Source: Candidatus Woesearchaeota archaeon (GTDB taxonomy: Archaea; Nanobdellota; Nanobdellia; Pacearchaeales; GW2011-AR1). Taken from it: a stretch of DNA of 64,000 nt. Under the pieces are notes generated by a model. The model did not search any database and was not told where the DNA came from. It saw only the letters and a program-made list of their open reading frames with translations. This document shows, piece after piece, positions 39,036 to 48,300 of this stretch (position 1 is its first letter; every line of letters starts with the position of its first letter). The translations under genes and the position numbers were made by a program. The DNA is taken from the NCBI GenBank assembly GCA_964413095.1, contig CAYPRJ010000001.1, forward strand, positions 6,975 to 70,974, in the 5' to 3' direction.

Positions 39036-39527
39036 ATGCCAAGACCTATTAGAGCCAGAAGAATTTATTTTGATCCTGAAATAACTTATTTTAAACCTGC
39101 AGGAATTATGTTGAGAGATTTAGAAGAAGTTGTTCTAACAAAAGAAGAATTAGAAGCTATACGATGGATTGATCTTGAAGAAGTTGGACAGGAAAAAGCA
39201 GCTAAAAAAATGAAAGTAAGTCAGCCAACTTTGTCTAGGATTTTGATTTCAGCAAGAAAAAAAATAGCTAAAGCATTAATTAAAGGTTATGCTATAAGAA
39301 TAAAAGGAGGTGATTTTAAGATGGCAATTCCAAGAGGTTTAGGACGTGGAATGAGAAATAGAGTTCCTGTTGGAGGAGGCAGAGGCAGAATGGGTGGTCC
39401 AAAAGCTGCTGGTCCAGGAGGAAATTGTGTCTGTCCAAAATGCGATTATAAAGAACCGCAAGTAAGAGGACAACCCTGCATGAACAAAAAATGTCCTAAA
39501 TGTGGAACAAAAATGAGAAGAGAATAA
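39036..39527 (+). CDS. DUF134 HTH protein fused to Cys-rich Zn-ribbon
   Basis: MPRP, FKPAG, EELEAIR, MKVSQPT; CVCPKC...CPKCG. Confidence 0.85.
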   Translation: MPRPIRARRIYFDPEITYFKPAGIMLRDLEEVVLTKEELEAIRWIDLEEVGQEKAAKKMKVSQPTLSRILISARKKIAKALIKGYAIRIKGGDFKMAIPRGLGRGMRNRVPVGGGRGRMGGPKAAGPGGNCVCPKCDYKEPQVRGQPCMNKKCPKCGTKMRRE

Positions 39528-39528
39528 G

Positions 39529-39948
39529 ATGAATGAAAGTTCAAAACAAGCTGTAATAAAATCAGTTAGAGCTTTAGGAAAGATGTTACCTTTAATTTTT
39601 GGAACAATCTTACTTGTAAGTTTAATTTCTGTTTTGATTCCAAAAACTTTTTATACAAAAATTTTTACAGAGTCTTTTCTTGATCCTTTGTTAGGAAGTT
39701 TAATTGGTAGTATTTCTACTGGTACACCAGTAGTTAGTTATATTATCGGGGGAGAACTTTTGAAACAAGGTGTTGGTTTTTTAGCTGTTACAGCATTTTT
39801 AGTTGCATGGATTACTGTAGGAATGGTCCAGCTTCCTGCAGAAATAGTAATTTTGGGAAAAAAGTTTGCTTTAATTAGAAATTTTAGTGCGTTTCTCTTA
39901 GCTATAATAGTTGCTCTAATTACAATTTTCTTTTTTAATTTAATATGA
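39529..39948 (+). CDS. Permease subunit (DUF318-like half)
   Basis: Multi-TM, GGELLKQG, AFLVAW, FALIRN. Confidence 0.75.
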   Translation: MNESSKQAVIKSVRALGKMLPLIFGTILLVSLISVLIPKTFYTKIFTESFLDPLLGSLIGSISTGTPVVSYIIGGELLKQGVGFLAVTAFLVAWITVGMVQLPAEIVILGKKFALIRNFSAFLLAIIVALITIFFFNLI

Positions 39949-40445
39949 AAATAAAAAAAATTTCAGGAAAATGGTATTTTTTAATAGCTGTAGCTGCTGT
40001 CTATGTTTTTCTATTATTTTTTAAAACAGAATTATTTATTTCTACTTCAAATTTTTTTCTTGATATTTTGAAAAAGATTATTCCTATTTTTCTTATTGTT
40101 TTTATTTTAATGTCTTTGTCAAATTATTTTTTTACTCCAAAGTTTGTTTCAAAACATCTTAAAAGCAAGGGAATCAAAAAATGGTTTTTTGTTATTATCG
40201 GAGGAGTTTTGTCAACAGGAGCAGTTTATATGTGGTATCCTCTGCTAGCTGATTTAAAATCAAAAGGTTTGTCTTATGGTTTAATTGCTTGTTTTCTTTA
40301 TAATAGAGGGATTAAAATTCCATTAATTCCTTTAATGGTTTATTATTTCTCTTTAAAATATGTTATTATTTTGAGCCTTGTTATGATAGCTGTCTCTGTT
40401 ATTCAGGGAGTAATTATAAACAGAATTATGGAAGTTAGAAAATGA
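39945..40445 (+). CDS. Permease subunit (DUF318-like half)
   Basis: Multi-TM, YMWYPLL, FLYNR. Confidence 0.75.
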   Translation: MKIKKISGKWYFLIAVAAVYVFLLFFKTELFISTSNFFLDILKKIIPIFLIVFILMSLSNYFFTPKFVSKHLKSKGIKKWFFVIIGGVLSTGAVYMWYPLLADLKSKGLSYGLIACFLYNRGIKIPLIPLMVYYFSLKYVIILSLVMIAVSVIQGVIINRIMEVRK

Positions 40446-40584
40446 ATTGTATCTAAGTAAGTTTGTTAATTCTTTATTTTGTTTTTTTATGAATGGAAGG
40501 AAGATTATAAGCATTATTTTTTTATGTTAATTGGAATTTGATTAACTTTAGCTTATTAATACAATGCTATCTGTGATAGTATGA

Positions 40585-40720
40585 AGCCTGTGGAGGGATT
40601 CTAACCCCCGGCCTACTGCTGGCTTTCTGAACATGTAGTTGGCTCAGATACAAGGCAGTTGAGCATATCTTAACCTTTTAGAGTCACAGATATTCCGCTC
40701 TAACACTGAGCTACACAGGC
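40585..40720 (-). tRNA. tRNA-Thr(TGT) with two introns (~40661-40696 after D stem; canonical 40621-40648)
   Basis: GCCTGTG/CACAGGC, GCTC/GAGC, ACTGC-CTTGTA..A-GCAGT; T loop TTAGAAT. Confidence 0.85.
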
Positions 40721-41334
40721 TTAATATTAGACAGAGTTATATTCTTTAAAAAGTTTTGTCCCTTCAATCTTAATGGAAGTTTATTATCAAATCTTATATA
40801 ATAAAAAGGAATTTTATTTGTATAATTTATTTTTATTTTGGAACAATTTAGATTAAGTTCGTCGCATAATTTACTTACCCCTTTTATTAAATTAAATCTT
40901 TTCTGTTTAAGCTGAATTCTTTTATTATACACAGAACCATCTGTATCAACTAATCCTGCTAGATAATTTAGTGCACAAGTTTTATTTGTTTTAACTATCT
41001 TTGGGATTTTCCCAAATTTCTTCTTTCCAATTTCACTTTCTAATTTTACAAAATAAAAAAATAACCCTGCGTTTTCTATCTTTAAATAATATGAATTTTG
41101 TTTTCTATTATCTTTGTTAATCTTTCCATTAACTGAAAAAAGTTTGTTTAACACGTTTCTAATGTAATCAATATAGATTTCACTCCCTGAATAAACTCTG
41201 AGAAGATAATGATAACCTCCTTTTTTTCTTTTCGTTATACTTAAAGAACCATCACCTTCTATAACTCCTAAAAGATATGCAATATCTTTATTTATTGTGG
41301 GTATGTTTATTTCACTCCTTCTTGTTTTTATCAT
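40711..41334 (-). mobile_element. Free-standing double-motif LAGLIDADG endonuclease ORF
   Basis: YLLGVIEGDGS and YLAGLVDTDGS; stop inside tRNA-Thr. Confidence 0.9.
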
Positions 41335-41355
41335 ATCTCTTTCTACTTTGTGATA

Positions 41356-41401
41356 TATTCCTTTATTGGATAATTCTTTATTCCTTTATTGGATAATTCT
41401 T
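41356..41401. repeat. 23-bp tandem duplication TATTCCTTTATTGGATAATTCTT x2
   Basis: Read directly. Confidence 0.9.
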
Positions 41402-41474
41402 TAGATATCTTTTTAATCATCTTTTAGAGCGTCTGAACTGCACTTAATAAGAAAGATTTAGTTTAAAAGATTTC

Positions 41475-42023
41475 TTATTGTTTAGATGAATTTTCTTCCT
41501 CAACTTCTAAAACTCTTATATCGCAGAAACTTAATGGATAAATTTTTTTGAGTTCTGAGCTTAATTGTTTTTGCAGTCTGTTTTTTAATATTTCTTCAAA
41601 AAGTTGTTCAGGTGTTTTGTCTTTTGTATATTCTATTAAGAATTTTTTTGCTCTTTCTCTTAAAGTTTTTCTAATAACTCTGGAAACTTTTCTTCTTGTG
41701 ACTAAAAAAGGTTTTATTCTTATTTGCGCGTTTTTGCAGTTTGTTAAGAGAGAATCTTCAACCTGATTAGTTCCTTTTCTTACAACTCTTTTTAAAAAAT
41801 AAGGCATTATTTTTATTTTCTGCGGAATTGAACTAATTTCTTCTCCTTCTGTTTTTACTTTAAATTGTATGATTGCCCCTTTTCCTCTTAAAATTCGTGT
41901 TAAATCAAATCTTATTATTCTGTTGTTTAATTCTTTTGGTTCATATGCTAAAAGTTGTGTTTGATTTTCTATTAAGGGAATTTTAACTTCAAAGAATTTT
42001 TTTCTGCGTTTTGCTCTTGCCAT
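41475..42023 (-). CDS. rps3ae: Ribosomal protein S3Ae (eS1)
   Basis: KKFFEVKIP, RVVRKGT, KKIYPL..CDIR. Confidence 0.85.
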   Translation of the reverse strand: MARAKRRKKFFEVKIPLIENQTQLLAYEPKELNNRIIRFDLTRILRGKGAIIQFKVKTEGEEISSIPQKIKIMPYFLKRVVRKGTNQVEDSLLTNCKNAQIRIKPFLVTRRKVSRVIRKTLRERAKKFLIEYTKDKTPEQLFEEILKNRLQKQLSSELKKIYPLSFCDIRVLEVEEENSSKQ

Positions 42024-42024
42024 T

Positions 42025-42108
42025 TAAAAAAAACCCGCTGGTTTCTTCTGAACTTCCTCGAAGCACTGAACGGCAATTTCTAATTTCCTCCAATGAAGTC
42101 GCAATGAA
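42025..42108. repeat. Structured repeat element related to 35440-35570
   Basis: Shared segments read directly. Confidence 0.8.
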
Positions 42109-42142
42109 ATTTTTGTACCAGTTTTGTTTAATTGTTTGAACA

Positions 42143-42457
42143 TCATTCTTGAATTAATTTATTTGTTCTTTTATTTTTTGTTGAAGAACGATATTTTGAT
42201 TTTTTACATTCTTGGCATGTATACATAATATTTGGTTTTTTTGTTGTTTTAGTTTTTCTTTTAAATTTACTTACTGCTGGCTTAGACCATCTTCCAAGAT
42301 TACCTATTCCTCTTGCTCTTCCTCTCAGAGCAGCTCTTTGTTTAGAACCTCTTTTAAGTGAACCTCTTTTTGCTCCAGTTGATACTAATTTAATTTTTTG
42401 TTCTGTTTTTTTCTTACAATGTGGGCAATATCTTTTTGTTGTTTTAGGAATTTTCAT
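42143..42457 (-). CDS. rpl44e: Ribosomal protein L44e (eL42)
   Basis: MKIPK..RYCPHCKK, KTTKK...CQEC. Confidence 0.92.
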   Translation of the reverse strand: MKIPKTTKRYCPHCKKKTEQKIKLVSTGAKRGSLKRGSKQRAALRGRARGIGNLGRWSKPAVSKFKRKTKTTKKPNIMYTCQECKKSKYRSSTKNKRTNKLIQE

Positions 42458-42610
42458 TTATTTTTTCTCCAAATTCCTGAAACTTAAAAAATTCTTTGAA
42501 ATTTTTTTCAGTCGTAGGAATTTTCATGTTGAGAGAAGAAAAATTTAATTTATAAGGCTTTCCCACCCACTCCACCCATGAAAAAGGAATAATTAGAATT
42601 AAAAATAAAA

Positions 42611-42719
42611 TGGTCCTGCGCGGAATTGAACCGCGGTTTTATCCATTTTGTGAACAGCTTACAGATTTAAGTGAACTGAACTCGTCAAGGACATGTCTTA
42701 GCCACTGGACTACAGGACC
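42611..42719 (-). tRNA. tRNA-Val(GAC) with canonical intron (~42646-42682)
   Basis: GGTCCTG/CAGGACC, TGTCC-TTGACG..T-GGATA, CGCGGTTCAATTCCGCG. Confidence 0.88.
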
Positions 42720-42770
42720 CCTTAGTATTATGTTAGAAATATTTAAATAGTTTATTTTTATGTTATTGTT

Positions 42771-42965
42771 ATGAAGAGGATATTTAAAATAATAATTTTT
42801 TTAGTGTATTTGGTTTTTGGAATTTATTTTATAAACTCTTTTTTGAATTTTTTTGAAATTTCAGAATTCTTTGCTAATTTTAGTAAATGGATAAATTTAA
42901 TTGGTGGTATTTTGATTCTTATTGGAGGAATTAATTATTTAAGAGCTGGAAGAGAGCGCTATTAA
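42771..42965 (+). CDS. Small 2-TM membrane protein
   Basis: ORF, hydrophobic. Confidence 0.6.
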   Translation: MKRIFKIIIFLVYLVFGIYFINSFLNFFEISEFFANFSKWINLIGGILILIGGINYLRAGRERY

Positions 42966-43123
42966 TTTTTTAAAAATTTTTTCTATTTCTAATTTAATTT
43001 TAATTGCTGGTTTTTTAGGTATTAAAAAAATTATTCTTAATTACTAAGTAAGTTAGTAATTAAGTTATTAAGAAACATTTAAATAAGGAAAATTATTGTA
43101 AATAATAAGAAAAGAAGTTACAA

Positions 43124-43255
43124 ATGAAAAAATATCTGCTTTTAATTGAAGATGAGAAACTTTGGAACAAATTTAAGAATTCTATTAATAAAGATATCAA
43201 TACAGAGATAATTAATTTAATAAAGAAAAAACTCAATATAGAGGTAAAAAAATGA
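43124..43255 (+). CDS. 43-aa possible ribbon-helix-helix protein (not in ORF track)
   Basis: MKKYLLLIEDEKLWNKFK...INTEIINLIKK; ATGA-coupled to next gene. Confidence 0.55.
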   Translation: MKKYLLLIEDEKLWNKFKNSINKDINTEIINLIKKKLNIEVKK

Positions 43256-45069
43256 GAAATAAAGGACAGGTGACAATTTTTATAATAATTGCAATAATAA
43301 TAGTTAGTGCTGTGATTGGTTTTTTTGTTTTAAGAGATACAATTAGTTTTAAAATGATTCCAAGTAGTGTAGAGCCAGTTTATACTACTTTTCAATCTTG
43401 TTTAGAAGAAGAAGTTTTGATAGGTGTTAATGTTTTGGAAAGTCAAGGAGGTTATATAGAACTTCCTGGATTTAAAGCAGGTTCATATTACTCTCCTTTT
43501 TCTTCTCAGCTTAATTTTCTGGGAAATGAAATTCCCTATTGGTATTACTTATCTGCAAGCAACCTTGAAAAAGAACAAGTTCCTTCAAAAAAAGATATGG
43601 GGGAGCAACTTGAAAAATTTGTTGAAGAAAACATAAGAGAATGCGTATTTGATGAATATTATGAGCAGGGTTTTGAAATTGATATGGGAGAACCAGAAGC
43701 TCAAATTGTGATTTTAGATAAAAAAATAAACTTAAATTTAGATATGGATTTGAGTATTAGTAATGAAAAAGATAAAGTATTAGTTGAGAACCATGATATT
43801 TCTGTTGATTCAAATCTAGGAAATCTGTATGATTCTGCAAAAGAAATTTATGAAGAAGAGCAAGAGAATTTATTTTTAGAAAATTATGCTGTGGATAATT
43901 TAAGATTGTATGCTCCTGTTGATGGAACTGAGTTAAGCTGTTCTCCTGAAATTTGGAATGCAGATAATGTCTTTTCTGATTTGCAAGAAGCAATTGAGTT
44001 TAATACTTTGTCTTTGAAAACACAGGGAAATGAAAACGATTATTTTGTTATTGATACTTCTGTTGATAATACTAGATTTATTAATTCAAAAAATTGGCCA
44101 AGTTATTTTGAAGTTGTTCCTTCTGATGGAAATATGTTAATTGCAGAGCCAATAGGCAATCAAGAAGGACTAGGAATTTTAGGATTTTGTTATGTTCCTT
44201 ATCATTTTGTTTATGATTTAAAATATCCTGTTTTAGTTCAGGTTTATGAAGGAGAAGAAATTTTTCAGTTTCCTTTAGTAGTTTCTATAGAAAAAAATAA
44301 GCCAAGAAAACCATTGAATGCAAGTGCTGGGAATGTCAAGGAATCTGAAGTTTGCAAATATCAAACTACTCCTGTGGAAATTAGAACTTATGACAGAAAC
44401 TTAAATTCTATTGAATCAAAAATAACTTATGAATGTCTTGGTGAAACTTGTTATATTGGAGAAACTTCTTCTGGTGTTTTAGAGAATAATTTTCCTCAAT
44501 GTGTTAATGGTTATATAGTTGTAAAATCAAACGGTTTTAAAGAAACTAAGCATCTTTATTCAACAACTCAGTCAGGAAGTGTAGATATCATATTAGATAA
44601 ATTATATGAAATGGAACTTGAATTGAGTTTAGATGGAGCAAGTTATAATGGTGAAGCAATGGTTACTTTTATTTCTGGAGATGATTCAAAAACAATTATT
44701 TATCCAGAGCAGAATTCAATTGAACTAAGCGAGGGACAGTATGAAATACAAGTTTATATTTATGAAGAATCTTCTTTGAATCTGGAGTCAACTACTTCAG
44801 AACAGTGTGTTGATGTTTCTTCTGGTTTAGGCGGAGTTTTTGGAATAACAGAGGAGAAATGTTTTGAGATGGAAATTCCTTCGCAAATTGTTTCAAGTGC
44901 TTTATCAGGAGGAGGCAAAGAGAATTATTATATTCTAGAAAATGAATTAATAGACTCTAATATTATTAAGATAAACGCAGAAAGTTTACCAAAGCCAAAA
45001 ACAATTGAACAATTGCAAGATAATTATTTATTATTTGAAAATAAAGAGTTGGGAATTGTATTTAGATGA
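43252..45069 (+). CDS. Large pilin-like protein (class III signal), acidic, Cys-rich
   Basis: MRNKG/QVTIFIIIAIIIVSAVIGFF. Confidence 0.8.
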   Translation: MRNKGQVTIFIIIAIIIVSAVIGFFVLRDTISFKMIPSSVEPVYTTFQSCLEEEVLIGVNVLESQGGYIELPGFKAGSYYSPFSSQLNFLGNEIPYWYYLSASNLEKEQVPSKKDMGEQLEKFVEENIRECVFDEYYEQGFEIDMGEPEAQIVILDKKINLNLDMDLSISNEKDKVLVENHDISVDSNLGNLYDSAKEIYEEEQENLFLENYAVDNLRLYAPVDGTELSCSPEIWNADNVFSDLQEAIEFNTLSLKTQGNENDYFVIDTSVDNTRFINSKNWPSYFEVVPSDGNMLIAEPIGNQEGLGILGFCYVPYHFVYDLKYPVLVQVYEGEEIFQFPLVVSIEKNKPRKPLNASAGNVKESEVCKYQTTPVEIRTYDRNLNSIESKITYECLGETCYIGETSSGVLENNFPQCVNGYIVVKSNGFKETKHLYSTTQSGSVDIILDKLYEMELELSLDGASYNGEAMVTFISGDDSKTIIYPEQNSIELSEGQYEIQVYIYEESSLNLESTTSEQCVDVSSGLGGVFGITEEKCFEMEIPSQIVSSALSGGGKENYYILENELIDSNIIKINAESLPKPKTIEQLQDNYLLFENKELGIVFR

Positions 45070-45179
45070 AAAAAAGAGTAGAAAAAAAACTTTTGAATTT
45101 ATTAAAAATAGCCAGCTTGATATTAGGAGTTATAGCAATTGTGCTTTTAATTATTGCTATTATTAAAAATGTTATATAA
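45066..45179 (+). CDS. 37-aa single-TM peptide (not in ORF track)
   Basis: ATGA-coupled; MKKRVEKKLLNLLKIASLILGVIAIVLLIIAIIKNVI. Confidence 0.45.
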   Translation: MKKRVEKKLLNLLKIASLILGVIAIVLLIIAIIKNVI

Positions 45180-45362
45180 AAATGAGATAGTTGACAATAG
45201 AATGGATAATAAATGTAGTGAATTTTCTAATTTATATTTTAATATTTGTCAGAGCCATAGCAGCAGGATATTTCAATACTTTCGATTTGTTTGCTACATT
45301 AATCGGAGTTTTAGCAGGAGTAATGTTTTTGACATTCAAAATACTAAGGAGCAAAGAACAAA

Positions 45363-48300
45363 ATGAATAAGCAAAAAGCAAATAAAATTGAAAGATTTTT
45401 TTTAGCAGGAATTTTGTTAGTTGTTTTAATCTCTTTTGTTTCAGCGTCGTATTCTTTGTCAAATTTTGGTATTGGTGATTCTGATAAATCTTTAAGTTTT
45501 GATGATAAAAGTTGTGAAGCTGGACAGGATTTTCTAATAAAAATTTCTTCTTTTGGATGTACACCAAGTGTTGTTAGAAGTGATTTGCTTGAAGAACAAA
45601 ACGTTCCTGTTTTTTGTCAGCTTTCAGCCACAAAATTAAATCCTTTGATTGATGTTGAAGCTATTGAAAGTATTTCATTTAAAGGAGATTATCCAGATGC
45701 AGTTTCTGGTATTGGTTTTTATCCTGCAAAATCTGCTTTAAGTGCTAAACAAGATATTAATTATCCTGTTTTGAATAATATTGGTTATGTTACTATAGTC
45801 TTGAAAGAGCAAGCCAATGAATCTTCAATGCCAGATGTTGTCAAAGGAAATTTAACTGCTAATATAAAATATGATATAAAAAATGCTTTTGGTGTTGGAA
45901 AAGCTAATTTTTATCTTCCGAGTTTAACAGATGAAGAATGGGAAGAAAGATATTTTCAATATGGTTTTTGGGAGAAAAAAGGATATTTAAGAGCAGAAAA
46001 TATTGAATCAAACAGTGCAACAATTTCTGTTTATAATAAAAATTTGCAAAAAACATCTAGTGTTAATTTAGAAAAAGGAAAAACTTCTAAAGAAATTTAT
46101 ATTCCAGGTTTTGATTATTGTCAGGGAAGTTTACAGTTGAGGTTAGATAGTGTAGAAGCTGCAGATACAAGAGCAAGATTAAGAGTAAATGAAGATATTG
46201 TTGAAGTTGCAAGAAGAGAGAAGTTTTTAGATAATAAATGTACTGTTATTGGTTTAGAAAGAGATGGTTTAGTTCAAAATGTAGAAATTAGATGTGATGA
46301 AGATGAAGGAAGGAAAACCATTACACTAAGAATTGAGCCAAAAATTAAAATTAGTATTGATGGAGAAGAAAGAGAAGTAGGAGTTGGAGATTATTTATAT
46401 GAAGATGAGGAAAAAAATGAATTTGTGTATTTAGGGCATATAGGAGCAAAAAAAGACAGCACCAACATAGAAGATATTTATTTATTTGTTGTTAGATTAC
46501 CTGAGTTTGAAAAAAAATTAAGCCAAGATAAAATTTCTTCTATTGGAAATTTTGTTGATAAACTTGAGTATAAAGATTTAACTGGAAATGTAGTGACAGA
46601 TGTGCTGTTAAATTCTTTGAGATTATTTGGAGCAGGAAGTGAAGCATTATTTAGGCGTATTGTTGAAGGACAAGCTTATAGAATTGTTTCTTATCCTGAA
46701 ATAGAAGAGGTTTTTGGGCAAGAAATTCAAATAATTGATTTTGTTGATGTTCAAGATAAAGAACTTAATGGAGCAGAAGAATATTATCAAAATGCTATAG
46801 GTGATTATAAAAATATAGTTGAGAATTTTGCTGGAGAAAAATATCCAGAAAATAGCAGAGTTAACTTAGGAGAAGAAGCTTTATATCAGCAGATAATTCT
46901 TGCAAGAGATTTAGGACAAGGAAAAACTATGGTTGATTTATGCGAGAACTTTAAAGAAAAATATCCTGATTCTGATATAGACCTTAGTGATTGTGATGAT
47001 AGTTACAAACTTTCTAATTCAGAGATTTCAACAGATTATGTTAAAATTAATGGAAAAACTGAGAAAATTTCTTTTGATGGAATTTATGAACCAGGATTTT
47101 ATGATTATGGAGCAGAAGTTTTAGTTGAGGGGCCTAATGGTGAAAGGTCATTATTGTATCTTTCAAAGGATCAAACTATTAATTTGGATGATTTTAGAGA
47201 TGAAGAAAATCTAAATGAATTTATTCAACTAGTTTCTCTTGATGATGATTCTGCTAGATTAAAGATAAATCTTGCTGAAACTGGTTTGAAAAAATTGATT
47301 TCTTCAGATAATAAAAATCTGAAAAAAGATATTTCTGAAAGTTTTGGAAGTGATTATATTTTTACATTAAAAGATATACATCTTGAAAAATCAGCAAAAG
47401 TTTCTGTGATTCCTAATATTAATAATGTTGGAACAGAGGCGAATTTTAGTTTTCAAATTGGAATAGAAAAAAGATGGAATTTAACTTTAGCTCCTGATAC
47501 AATTGAAAAAAGGATTGATGCTTTGAATGGAACAATTGGCAAATTGCAGAATATTTCTGATACTCTTGGAGACGTAATTAAAGTTGGAAAAACTGCATGT
47601 CTTGGTACAGGAGCTGTTTTAACTATTAAAAATTTCTTAGCTAATCTTGAGGGAACAGGAATTGCAAGGCAAAAAGTTATGAGAGGAGAAAATGGTTGGT
47701 ATGAGAAATGCACTGATTTAGTTGAAAAAGGAGAATATGTTTCTTTAGAACAATGTTTTCTTGAAAACTCTGATAAGATTGATAAAGATGTTGAAGAGGT
47801 AACTGAAATAATAAATAAACAAGATAAAGAAATAAAAAAAATTCAAGAGCAGTTCACCGAGAGTAAATTTTTATCTGAAAAAGTTGTTGATACAGATAAA
47901 TTTATGGAAGAATTCACTGAAAAAGTTCAAGAAGAGATTTCTGTTTTAGGAAATAGTTTTGAAGATCCAAGAGGTAAGGGAGAGAGTATTAATATTGAAG
48001 AAATGAGAAAAACTCTTTCTTATGAAGGATGGAAACAAGGTTATTATAGTACAGAGAAACTTAAAGAAATAGAACTTGCTTTAATGGTTTTGGAATCTGG
48101 TGCTGATGAAGATTTGAAAAATATTTATAGGGAGAGACTTTATTCTGACCTTTCAGAAGTGCAAGCGAACTCAGAAAGTTTTGCAGAAATTTCAAATTTA
48201 GCAAATGACTTGAATGTTCAATCAAGCCAGATTTCATTTTTAGAAGTTGGAGAAAGAGTTAAGGAAATTACTTATGGTGGTTTAACAAATAAAGATACAG

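Noticed and set aside
42024..42142. rps27e expected next to rpl44e
   Set aside because: No CxxC motifs; the interval is occupied by a repeat element
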